The notes under the pieces are model-generated. The model had not been told where the DNA came from. It searched no databases and worked only from the letters and a program-made list of their open reading frames with translations. Positions 32,963-42,503 of a stretch of DNA of 64,000 nucleotides are shown one piece after another. Source of the DNA: an uncultured Thermoleophilia bacterium (GTDB taxonomy: Bacteria; Actinomycetota; Thermoleophilia; Gaiellales; Gaiellaceae); the NCBI GenBank assembly GCA_963823265.1, contig CAWGLA010000011.1, positions 57,877 through 121,876 on the forward strand, in the 5' to 3' direction. Position 1 is the stretch's first letter. Each line of letters begins with the position of its first letter. The position numbers and the translations under genes were made by a program.

Positions 32963-34411
32963 ATGGTCGGCGAGGTGTTGTCTGACCGCTACGAGCTCGA
33001 GGAGCTCGTCGGCACCGGAGGCATGTCGAGCGTCTTTCGGGCGCACGACCGGCTGCTCGACCGCAAGGTCGCGCTGAAGGTCCTGCACCAGCAGTACACC
33101 GACGACGCGGAGTACGTCGAGCGGCTTTCGCCACGAGGCGCGGGCGGTCGCGGCGCTCTCGCATCCGAACATCGTCACCGTGATCGATCGTGGCGAGCAC
33201 GACGGGCGCCAGTTCATCGTCTTCGAGTACGTCGACGGCGAGAACCTCAAGCAGCTGATCCAGCGCCGCGGCCCCGCGCCGGTCGCGACCGCGCTCGAGC
33301 TCGGCGATCCAGATGTCGCGCGGCGCTCTCGTTCGCCCATCAGCAGGGCCTCGTCCATCGCGACGTGAAGCCGCAGAACGTGCTCCTGAACGGGGACGGG
33401 CGAGGCGAAGGTGACCGACTTCGGGATCGCGCGCTCGCTCGACGTGCAGCACGGGATGACGCAGACGGGCACGGTCCTCGGCACGTCCGACTACATCGCG
33501 CCCGAGCAGGCGCAGGGGCAGCGGGTCGACGAGCAGACCGACGTCTACTCGCTCGGCGTCGTTCTCTACGAGTTGCTGACGAGCGAGGTGCCGTTCCCGG
33601 GCGAGAACTTCGTCGACCATCGCGATGCGTCACATCAACGAGCCGCCGCCGTCGATTCGCGACCGGCGCCCCGATGTCTCGCCGCGGCTCGAGGCGGCGG
33701 TGCAGCGTGCGATGGCGAAGGATGCGGCCGACCGGTTCCAGACGATGGCCGACTTCTGCCGAGAGCTCGAGGCGTGCCTCGCCGAGGAGCAGGGCGCCAC
33801 GCAGGTGCGCCGCCGGCCGCCGGCCTGAGCGCCCGCGGCCGCGCAGGCGCGGCGTCTCTCCCTGGCCGCTGGTGCTCGTGCTGCGGCGCTGATCGCGATC
33901 GGCGCGGTCGTCGCCGCTCTCGTCTGGGACAACGGCACCGGCGTCTTCTCGATCCACCGCTCCTCGTCCGGCAACGCGGGCGGCGGCGCGCCCGTCCAGC
34001 TCACCGCCGTCACCGCCTACGACCCGTACGGCTCACCGCCGCGGCCAGGAGCACAACGCCGCCGCTCACATTGCGACCGACAACGACGTCGGGACGTACT
34101 GGGAGACCGAGCGGTACCACGCCAGCTTCGCGGAGATCGGCAAACAGGGGGTCGGGCTCGTCCTCGACGCGAAGCAACCCGTGGAGCTGCACCGGCTCGG
34201 GATCGCCACCGCGACGCCCGGCTTCACTGCGGTCATCCGGGCGGGCGAATCGGAGAGCGTGTTCCCGGACACCGTCTCCTCTTCGCAGACCGTCTCGAGC
34301 GGGACGCAGTTCACGATCACCGGCGGGAAGCACCGCTACTACCTGATCTGGATCACGAGCCTGCCGCCCGGCGGATCGACGGTCCGGATCAACGAGGTCC
34401 GGGCAGCCTGA
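32963..34411 (+). pseudogene. Ser/Thr protein kinase with extracellular C-terminal domain, multiply frame-disrupted
   Basis: Pieces read MVGEVLSDRYELEELVGTGGMSSVFRAHD...KVALKVL, HPNIVTVIDRGEHDGRQFIVFEYVDGENL, GLVHRDVKPQNVLL, VTDFGIARS...GTSDYIAPEQ and a C-terminal ...FTITGGKHRYYLIWITSLPPG. They lie in at least 5 frame fragments. Confidence 0.7.
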
Positions 34412-34449
34412 GCGTTCGACCCGGTGCGCGCGACCAGGTGGCGCGCAGG

Positions 34450-35446
34450 TTAGAAGCGGAGCTGCCTCCGACGTTCGAAGCGCTCGACCGCGAGGTCGGC
34501 CAGGCGCTGCAGGAGCTCGCCGTAGCCGATGCCCGAGGCTTCGAACAGCCGGGCGTACACGCTCGTCGACGGTGAAGCCGGGGATCGTGTTCAGCTCGTT
34601 CACCAGCACCTCGCCGTCGTCGCGGACGAACATGTCGGCGCGCGCCATCCCCTCGCAGTCCGTCGCGATGAACGCGCTCACCGCGAGCTCCTGGGCGCGG
34701 AGGATCTGCTCGTCGGTCAGGCGGGCCGGGACGACGAGGTCCATCTCGCCCTCGTCGTACTTCGCCTCGAAGTCGTACCACTCGTTGTGCATGACGACGA
34801 TCTCGCCAGGCAGGGAGGCGATCGGCTTCTGGTTCCCGAGCACGCCGACCTCGACCTCGACGCCCGAGACGAAGCGTTCGACGAGCACCTTCTCGTCGTG
34901 TTCGAAGGCGAGCGCGACTCCACCACGCAGCTCATCCTCGTCGTGCGCCTTGGTGATCCCGACGCTCGACCCGAGTCTGGCCGGCTTCACGAACACCGGG
35001 TAGCCGAACGGGTTGCGCGCGTCGTCGCCGAGCCGCAGCGTGATGTTCTCGGTCACCGGCACACCGCGGTCGCGCAGCACCGCCTTGAAGACGTCCTTGT
35101 CCATGCAGAGCGCCGAGCCGAGCACGCCGGCGCCGACGTACGGGACGTTGGCGAGCTCGAGCAGGCCCTGCACCGTCCCGTCCTCGCCGAACGGCCCATG
35201 CAGGACCGGGAAGACGACGTCGACATCCGCGAGCGTGGTCGCGACCTCCTTGCCGGGCAGGCGGTCGCCGCTCTCCAGCGCTTTCATCCCCGCCCCGAGC
35301 TCCCAGCGGCCCTCGCGGTCGATCTGAACGCTGACGACGTCGTTGCCGGCTTGCTCGAGGGCTGTGATCACGCTGGCCGCAGAGGCGACCGAGATCGGGT
35401 TCTCGCTCGAGCGGCCGCCGAGGATGACGGCGATCCGCCGGCTCAT
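34450..35446 (-). pseudogene. ddl: D-alanine--D-alanine ligase with a frameshift near the 3' end
   Basis: MSRRIAVILGGRSSENPISVASA...VFPVLHGPFGEDGTVQGLLE...VNELNTIPGFT is followed, after a +1 shift near 34566, by STSVYARLFEASGIGYGELLQRLADLAVERFERRRQLRF*. The length is 3n+1. The ATG overlaps the pknB stop. Confidence 0.8.
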
Positions 35447-37394
35447 CCCGGGGGGATCGTCGGTGTCGTCGTCGCGCCGGGGGTGCTCTGCAGCTGGCCG
35501 ACGTGGATCGTCACCACCTCACCCGACTTGGCATCCGACCCGGGCGGCGGATCGGTGGACTGGACGATCCCGTCCTGGCTCGGGTCGGTGACCGGGTCGA
35601 AGATCACCGCGGGAGTCAACCCGGCGCCGGTCAGGATCGTCTCGGCCGCGGCCTGGTTCTGGCCGGTCACGTCCGGCACCTGCGTGGTCGCCGGCCCCTT
35701 CGAGACCGACAGGGTGATCTTCGAGCCTGCTGCCACGGAGGTCCCGGCGGGCGGATCCTCGGCGACGACGGTGCCCCTGCGGGAAGTCCGACTGGATGTC
35801 CACGCGGCCGACGACGAAGCCCTGCCCGTTCAGCGCGGACTTCGCGTTCGCAAAGGGCTGCGAGGTCACGTCGGGCACGGTCACCGGCTTCGCGCCGCGC
35901 GAAACGTTGATGTGGATCACCGACCCCTTGTCGACCCGGTCGCCTGCGTGCGGCTGCTGTGCTGTCACGGTGTCCTGCTGCGCGCCCGAGTAGATGCGCG
36001 CGATCTTCGGATTGAGCCCGAGTTGGGCCAGCGTCGCGACGGCGCTCGTCGCATCCAGTCCGACGACGTTCGGCACCTGCACCTTCGGCTTGCCGGTGGA
36101 GACGGTGAGCAGGATCGTCGAGCCCTTGCCGACCTTCGAGCCGCCGCCCGGGTTCTCCCCGGAGACCTGCCCCTTCGCCACGGTGTCGCTCGGTTGGGTG
36201 ACGACCCGCGGGGTCAGCCCCGCCTCCTCGATCTTCTGCACCGCCAGCGGGCGTGCCATCAGCATCACGTCCGGCACCGCGATCGGCTTGTTGTTGTTCA
36301 GCTGGTCCTGGATCTTCATGTAGAGGAACCAGCCGCCGCCCGCGCCGGCGACGATCAGGCCGAGCGCGAGCAGCCAGGGCCAGATCGAGCGCCTGCCGCG
36401 GCGGTTCCTCGTAGTCGTAGTAGCCAGGCGAGCGGTAGACGGGCGGCACGGGCGGCGGCGCCACGGATGTCCTCGGCCGTTGCACCATCGTCTGGGCGGA
36501 CGCGATCCCGGCGCCCGCGAGCACCTGGGTCATCGCCTCCTCGGTCTCGCGCGAGACGGACACCCCACGCGCGACGCGCGCCAGGTCGGCGTCCATCTCC
36601 TCTGCGGAGTCGTAGCGCTGCTCGGGGGCTTTCGCCAGCGCGCGCATGACGACGGCGTCGAGGTCGTGCGGCACGTCGGGCCGGAGCGTGGACGGCGGCT
36701 CGGGCACCTGAGACAGGTGCTTCATCGCGATCTCGACCGGGGTGTCGCCGGTGAACGGCACCGAGCCGGTCAGCATCTCGTAGAGCACGATCCCGAGTGA
36801 ATAGAGGTCGGAGCGGGGATCGACGGGCGCGCCCCGCGCCTGCTCGGGCGAGAGGTACTGGGCGGTCCCGACGATCGATCCCGCCTCGGTCATCTGGGAC
36901 GCGCCGGAGCGGGCGATCCCGAAATCGGTCACCTTCAGCCGCCCGTCGCTGCCGACGATGATGTTGTGCGGCTTGATGTCGCGGTGGACGATGCCGTTGC
37001 GGTGAGCGAAGGAGAGCGCGCCGAGGATCTGTCGCGCGTAGTCGATCGCGATCGGGACGGGTGTCGGGCCGTTGCGGACGAGCAGTTCCTTGAGCGTCCG
37101 CCCGTCCAGGTACTCCATCGCGATGTAGTAGGTCCCCGCAGCGTGGCCGCGATCGAAGATCGACACGATGTTCGGATGGTTGAGGCCGGCGGCGCTCTGC
37201 GCCTCGCGGCGGAACCGCTCGACGAACTGCTCGTCGGATGCGTGCCGGTCGTCCAGCAGCTTCAGGGCCACCAGACGGCCGAGCTCCTGGTCTTCGGCGA
37301 GATAGACGATCGCCATTCCGCCCGAGCCGAGCTTGCGCTTGATCACATAGCGCTTGTCGAACGTGCGGCCGATCATGGTGTCTGTCGAGGTCAT
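35443..37394 (-). pseudogene. pknB: PASTA-domain Ser/Thr kinase PknB, two frameshifts
   Basis: The kinase domain is intact (MTSTDTMIGRTFDKRYVIKRKLGSGGMAIVY...HRDIKPHNII...DFGIARS). There is a switch near 36390-36395 just before the TM segment (RSIWPWLLALGLIVAG). The PASTA repeats follow, with a second switch at the CCCC run 35774-35777. The last PASTA ends ...TTTPTIPPG. Confidence 0.8.
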
Positions 37395-37406
37395 GCGAAT
37401 CCGGCT

Positions 37407-38906
37407 TTAGTGCTTCGACGTCGGGGTCAGGATCGCCTGCATCAGCTGTTTGGCGATCGGAGCGGCGATCGCACCTCCGAAACCGTTCAGCTGGTGCTCC
37501 ACGGCGATCGCCCCGGCGACCTGGGGGTCGTCGGCGGGGGCGAAGAAGATGAACCAGGCGGTATAGACGTTCCGCTCGCTCGTTTCGGCTGTCCCGGTCT
37601 TGCCTGCCACCTTGATGCCGGGGATCTGGGCGGCTGTGCCCGTGCCGGACTGCACGACACCCTGCATCATCTGGTTGATCGCGGCGGCCGTGGAGGGCTT
37701 CATGGCGTGCTTCCAGACCTGTGGGTGGACCTTGACGACGGTGCCGCCGCCCGGGCTCGTCACCCGGCTGATCAGGTGCGGCTGCATGATCGTGCCGTTG
37801 TTCGCGACGGCGGCCGCGACCAGGGCCATCTGGAGCGGCGTCACGAGCAGCTTGTCCTGCCCGAACGCCATCCGGCCCGGATCGAGCAGGTGGACATTGT
37901 CGATCAGGCGGTGGTGCACGTAGTCGTAGGGGCCGCTCGCCGCCACCTCGCTCGGGGGCAGTTCGATCGGCGGCCGCGAGTAGAAGCCGAAGTCGCGCGC
38001 CTTGTCGAGCACCGTCTTCGCACCCAGCTTGATTCCGAGATCGCAGAAGACGGCGTTGATCGAGTGGATGAACGCCTGGATCAGATCGACGTTCCCGAAC
38101 TGCTCCGGACCGTTCTGGTCGAGTGCGTTGTGCACCTGCACGCCGTACTCCGTGCAGTAGCCGGGGTCGTAGAACTGCGAGTCCGGCGTGAACTTTCCGG
38201 AGTCGAGCGCAGCCGCCGCAGTGACCGTCTTGAACGTCGAGCCGGGGGCGTACAGGCCCTGCGTCGCACGGTTGTAGAGCGCGGACGAGGAGCCCGGGCA
38301 CGCACTCGGCGAGTTGATGATGCTCGCGTAGCCGGCCGAGGATTCGATCTTGTTCGGGTCGTAGCCAGGCGACGACGCCATCACGTACACCTGGCCCGTC
38401 TTCGGGTTGAGCACCACCGCCGCGCCACACTTTCCGCGAAGGGCCGTCTGGGCGATGTACTGGGCGCCGGGACGGATGTTGAGGACCAGGTTGTTCCCCT
38501 TGACCGTCGTGCCCTTCAGCTTCTCCGTCAGCTTGTCGAAGATCGTGCCGAGGTTCGCGTTCGCGGCCGTCAGGTACGCGTTCTCCTCGCGCTCGATCCC
38601 TGCGCGCGACCGGCCCTGGGTGGAGTATCCGATCACCTGCGACGCGATGTTGTGCAGCGGATAGCGCCTGAAGTACAGCGTGCCTCCCGCCGTCTTCTTG
38701 GCGACGTTCCTCGCGAACAGCGTCTTGCCGTTCGCGGCGTAGATCAGCCCGCGCTTGATCCGGAACTGCGCGACGCGTTGAATCGCGTTGTCCTGCTTCG
38801 CGGCGAGGCTCGGCGCCTCCCACGACTGCCAGTACGTCGTCGCGACGATCAGCGATGCGAGCAGCAGCAGAGCGACCATCGCGACCCGTGAGATCTGCTG
38901 GTTCAT
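37407..38906 (-). CDS. pbpA: penicillin-binding protein (class B transpeptidase, PbpA-like)
   Basis: MNQQISRVAMVALLLLASLIV...APGSTFKTVTAAAAL (SxxK)...HSIN (SxN)...KTGTAE (KTG). The ATG overlaps the rodA stop (ATGA). Confidence 0.88.
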   Translation of the reverse strand: MNQQISRVAMVALLLLASLIVATTYWQSWEAPSLAAKQDNAIQRVAQFRIKRGLIYAANGKTLFARNVAKKTAGGTLYFRRYPLHNIASQVIGYSTQGRSRAGIEREENAYLTAANANLGTIFDKLTEKLKGTTVKGNNLVLNIRPGAQYIAQTALRGKCGAAVVLNPKTGQVYVMASSPGYDPNKIESSAGYASIINSPSACPGSSSALYNRATQGLYAPGSTFKTVTAAAALDSGKFTPDSQFYDPGYCTEYGVQVHNALDQNGPEQFGNVDLIQAFIHSINAVFCDLGIKLGAKTVLDKARDFGFYSRPPIELPPSEVAASGPYDYVHHRLIDNVHLLDPGRMAFGQDKLLVTPLQMALVAAAVANNGTIMQPHLISRVTSPGGGTVVKVHPQVWKHAMKPSTAAAINQMMQGVVQSGTGTAAQIPGIKVAGKTGTAETSERNVYTAWFIFFAPADDPQVAGAIAVEHQLNGFGGAIAAPIAKQLMQAILTPTSKH

Positions 38907-40225
38907 CGCGTCGCGTTCGCCCGGTCGGAGACGAGCAACAGTCCCGCCAGCAGGAGGAAGTTCGCGACGACGGACGAGCCTCCGTAGGAGACGAACGGCA
39001 GCGTGATCCCCGTGAGCGGGATGATCCGCAGCACGCCGCCGACGATGATGAACGTCTGCAGCGCGAAGCCGAACGTGAGGCCGGCGGCGAGCAGCTTCGA
39101 GAAGCCGTCGTCGGCCTGCAGCGCGATCTTCATCCCGCGTGCGACGAAGAGCATGAAGACGAGGAGCAACGCCGCTGCGCCGACGAGCCCGAGCTCCTGC
39201 GCGAGCGCCGAGTAGATGAAGTCGCTGTTGATGAACGGGATCAGCGGGTGGCCGTCCGTGGTCGCAAAGGTCCCCTTGCCGAGCCCTGCCCCGCCGAAGC
39301 CGCCGTTGGCGATCGAGTAGAGGGATTTGACGAGCTGGTAGCTCTGGCAGTCCTGCCTGAGCGAGAGCCCGCCGGTCGAGGGGCAATAGACCTTCTGCGA
39401 CGTCCACGGATGCAGCCAGATCGTCACGCGCTCGTGGACGTGCCCGATCCGCTCGTAGGCGGCGAAGCCGCCTGCGAGGAAGAGTGCGATCCCCGCGAAG
39501 ACGAACGAGAGCCGTGCCGTCGCGATGTACAGCATTGCCAGGAAGATGCCGAAGTAGAGGAGCCCCGACCCGAGGTCGTTCGACGAGACGAGCACCAGCA
39601 TGCAGCCGCCCCAGATCACGAGCAGTGGGCCGACATCCTTGAGGCGCGCCTGCGCCAGCACCTCGCGCTTCTCGCGCAGGTAGGCGGCGAGGAACACGAT
39701 CAGGAAGATCTTCGAGAACTCGCCCGGCTGGAACGTGAAGCTGCCGACGTGCACCCAGAGCCGGGCACCGTTCACGGTCGTGCCGAGCCCCGGCACCCGC
39801 GGCAGGAAGAGCAGCACGATCGCGCCGATCCCGAACAGGTACTTGTACTGCTCGAGGTTCCGGTAGTCGCGTCGCAGGCCCCAGAGCGCGAGCGCGAAGA
39901 GCGCGACGCCCACCACGATCCACAGCCCTTGCTTGAAGGCGTCGCTGACCCCGAGCCGGTAGATCTCCGTCACGCCGACGGCGGTGAGGAGCCCGGCCAT
40001 CGGCAGGAGATATGGGTCGGCGTTCGGAACGGTGATGCGCGTGACGATGTGCGCGGCGACGTAGAGCGCGAAGAAGAAGACGGCGTAGCCGAGCGAGCCC
40101 CAGCTGACGAGGGACTGGCGCGCGATGTAGACCGACGCGAAGCCGATGCCCGTGAGGACGCCGACGACGGCGAGGTAGACGAGCTCTCGATTGCGGTAGC
40201 TGAGAGTCAGCGCGCGAGCCCCCAC
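38903..40225 (-). CDS. rodA: FtsW/RodA/SpoVE-family peptidoglycan polymerase
   Basis: 440 aa, polytopic. ...NSDFIYSALAQELGLVGAAALL...PLTGITLPFVSYGGSS... is the SEDS signature. Confidence 0.88.
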   Translation of the reverse strand: MGARALTLSYRNRELVYLAVVGVLTGIGFASVYIARQSLVSWGSLGYAVFFFALYVAAHIVTRITVPNADPYLLPMAGLLTAVGVTEIYRLGVSDAFKQGLWIVVGVALFALALWGLRRDYRNLEQYKYLFGIGAIVLLFLPRVPGLGTTVNGARLWVHVGSFTFQPGEFSKIFLIVFLAAYLREKREVLAQARLKDVGPLLVIWGGCMLVLVSSNDLGSGLLYFGIFLAMLYIATARLSFVFAGIALFLAGGFAAYERIGHVHERVTIWLHPWTSQKVYCPSTGGLSLRQDCQSYQLVKSLYSIANGGFGGAGLGKGTFATTDGHPLIPFINSDFIYSALAQELGLVGAAALLLVFMLFVARGMKIALQADDGFSKLLAAGLTFGFALQTFIIVGGVLRIIPLTGITLPFVSYGGSSVVANFLLLAGLLLVSDRANATR

Positions 40226-41208
40226 CAGACGAGCGCGACGATCACGGCGATCAGGACCGCGATCACGGCGAGTGCCAGAAGGCGCCTGCCGATGCCTGCC
40301 TGCGGTGGCTCGGGGCTCTGAGCAGCGATCGCCGCCTGGAGGTCTGCGGCGGCCACGACCATGGTGTCGGCGGGCGCAGGAGCCTCCTCGGCCGCCGCCG
40401 GCGGAGGCGCGACCCCGTCCTCGGGGTGCAGCGTGTCCTCGTCGTCGAGGGGGACCACGATCTCCCGCGTGCGTTCGTCCGGCTCGGTCGGCTCGCCCTC
40501 CACCAGCTCGAAGAGGACCGCGGTGATGTTGTCCTCGCCGCCGGCGCGGTTCGCCGCCTGGACGAGCGCCTTTGCAGCTGCGTCGAGGTCGTCGCGATGG
40601 GTCTTGACGATCGCCTCGATCTGTTCGCCGTCGACCATGTCCGACAGCCCGTCGGAGCAGATCAGGAACACGTCACCAGGCTCCGCGGCGACGGAGAAGG
40701 CGTCGACGTCGACGTCGGGGTCGGTGCCGAGTGCGCGGGTGATCACGGAGCGCTGTGGATGAACCTCCGCCGCCTGTGGTGAGAGCTCGCCGCGACGAAC
40801 GAGCTCCGCGACGAGCGAGTGGTCGTCGGTCAGCTGTTCGAGGCGCTCGCCGCGCAGCAGGTACGCGCGCGAGTCGCCGACGTGGCCCATCGTCACGGTG
40901 CCGTCGTTCTCGACCAGCGCAACGGTGATCGTCGTGCCCATCCCGGAGGTCTCCGCATCGGTCGAGGCGCGCTCGTGCACACGGCGGTTCGCCTCCTGGA
41001 TCAGCTCCACGACGTGCGCCTCGCCACCGCGACCGGCTCCCGATTCCTCGAGCGCGCTCGCCGCGAGTGCCGAGGCGACCTCGCCGGCGCGCGCGCCGCC
41101 CATGCCGTCCGCGATCGCGAAGAGCGGCGGCCGGCTGACGTACGAGTCCTCGTTCCCGCGCCGTTTCCGCCCCGGATCCGTCCGGGCCGCATACAGCCCC
41201 AGCCTCAA
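40207..41208 (-). CDS. pstP: PP2C-family Ser/Thr phosphatase (PstP-like) with C-terminal TM anchor
   Basis: ...RKRRGNEDSYVS...FAIADGMGGARAGEVAS...ICSDGLSDMV...GGEDNITAVL. Confidence 0.88.
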   Translation of the reverse strand: MRLGLYAARTDPGRKRRGNEDSYVSRPPLFAIADGMGGARAGEVASALAASALEESGAGRGGEAHVVELIQEANRRVHERASTDAETSGMGTTITVALVENDGTVTMGHVGDSRAYLLRGERLEQLTDDHSLVAELVRRGELSPQAAEVHPQRSVITRALGTDPDVDVDAFSVAAEPGDVFLICSDGLSDMVDGEQIEAIVKTHRDDLDAAAKALVQAANRAGGEDNITAVLFELVEGEPTEPDERTREIVVPLDDEDTLHPEDGVAPPPAAAEEAPAPADTMVVAAADLQAAIAAQSPEPPQAGIGRRLLALAVIAVLIAVIVALVWWGLAR

Positions 41209-41693
41209 GGCTCGAACCTCAGATCTGTCTCGCCGATCCGGACGACGTCGCCGGGCACGAGCCTGCGCTCACGGGTCAGGCGGATCCCGTTCACGAAGGT
41301 GCCGTTCGTCGAGCCGATGTCCTCGATCCAGACGCCGTCGCGGCGCGGTTCGAGCCGCGCATGGCGGGTCGACGAGTACTCGTCCTCCGGCAGCGACACG
41401 TCGTTCGTCACGCCACGGCCGATCGTGATCGGATGGGAGTCGAGCGTGAAGACGTCACCCTCGTCGAGCGCAGGGCTCTGCAGGACGGTCAGATGCCCGG
41501 TCTCGCGGGCGGACGGCTGGGCCCGGAGCCCCGCCGCAGCGGCCTGCTGCGGCGCCAGGATCATCGACTCCTGGGGCAGGCGCAGGTCGCGCGCCGCGGA
41601 GCGGACGATGCGCCAGATGAACAGATAGAGGAGAACGAGGAACGCAAGCTTCAGGGCGAGCAGCGTCGTCTCGACCTGGGCGGACGCAAGCAC
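41205..41693 (-). CDS. fhaB: FHA-domain protein FhaB/FipA-like
   Basis: GTG start. There is an N-terminal TM (LLALKLAFLVLLYLFIW). The C-terminal FHA domain reads ITIGRGVTNDVSLPEDEYSSTRHARLEPR..GVWIEDIGSTNGTFVNG. Confidence 0.8.
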   Translation of the reverse strand: MLASAQVETTLLALKLAFLVLLYLFIWRIVRSAARDLRLPQESMILAPQQAAAAGLRAQPSARETGHLTVLQSPALDEGDVFTLDSHPITIGRGVTNDVSLPEDEYSSTRHARLEPRRDGVWIEDIGSTNGTFVNGIRLTRERRLVPGDVVRIGETDLRFEP

Positions 41694-41695
41694 CG

Positions 41696-42469
41696 CTACT
41701 GCAGCTCCCGGGCGAATTCGATCTCCGTCGAGCCGATCGTGAACCGCGTACCGTCCTCCAGCTTCAGCCGTTTGACGCGCTTGCCCTTCACCTCGACGCC
41801 GTTCGTCGAGTCGAGGTCGACGATCCAGTACGCGGAGCCCTCCTGGCGCAGTTCGGCGTGCCGGCGGGAGACGTTCGGGTCGGCCACCTGTACGTCGGCG
41901 TCCTTCGAGCGTCCGATCACCACGCGCTGCTTGGCGACCTCGTGGCGCTGCCCGTCCCAGCTGAGGACGGCGACCTCGCGCTGGACGCCGAGCTCGACCG
42001 CCGAGGCCGCCTCGGTCGGCTGCAGCACGGGCGCCGCGGCCGGTTTGTAGAGCATGGTCGCTCCGGCCTCCGCCTGGGCAGCGGGCTCGCCCTTCGGCCC
42101 GGCCTGCACCATGCGGGTCGCGATGCCGAACACGCCCACGTCGAGGTCTTCGTCGGTCTCGAGCTGAACCTGCGGCGGGGAGAGCAGGGCGTACCCCTCG
42201 CGCCGCGCGTGCTCTGCGAGGTAGTCGGCGAGCTCGTCCTGCAGCTGCGCCTGGTAGGTCTCGAACTGGGCGCGGTCGCCGGGCGAGAGGTAGATCGTGT
42301 ACTCGTTCGGCACATAGACCCGCGAGACCGAGACGTTCCGGTGGTCGTCCATCTCCTTCACGAGCTTGCGGGCCAGCTCGACCGGCTGGACGTTGGTGCG
42401 AAATGCACGGCCGAAGACACCCTCGAAGAGCGACTCGAGCTTGGATTCGATGTTGCGGAGCACTGACAT
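41696..42469 (-). CDS. fhaA: FhaA-like protein (DUF3662 N-terminal domain plus FHA)
   Basis: MSVLRNIESKLESLFEGVFGRAF...VQPVELARKL... The C-terminal FHA domain reads VVIGRSKDADVQVADPNVSRRHAELRQ...DLDSTNGVEV. Confidence 0.85.
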   Translation of the reverse strand: MSVLRNIESKLESLFEGVFGRAFRTNVQPVELARKLVKEMDDHRNVSVSRVYVPNEYTIYLSPGDRAQFETYQAQLQDELADYLAEHARREGYALLSPPQVQLETDEDLDVGVFGIATRMVQAGPKGEPAAQAEAGATMLYKPAAAPVLQPTEAASAVELGVQREVAVLSWDGQRHEVAKQRVVIGRSKDADVQVADPNVSRRHAELRQEGSAYWIVDLDSTNGVEVKGKRVKRLKLEDGTRFTIGSTEIEFARELQ

Positions 42470-42503
42470 GGGAGGGCGGGGGCACGTGCCCCGGACCACA
42501 AGT

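Noticed and set aside
36355-39923. 822-aa and 838-aa minus-strand ORFs suggesting giant proteins
   Set aside because: Only the C-terminal 500 aa of 37407..39923 is the PBP. The rest reads through rodA out of frame. ORF 36355..38823 is entirely off-frame relative to pknB and pbpA.
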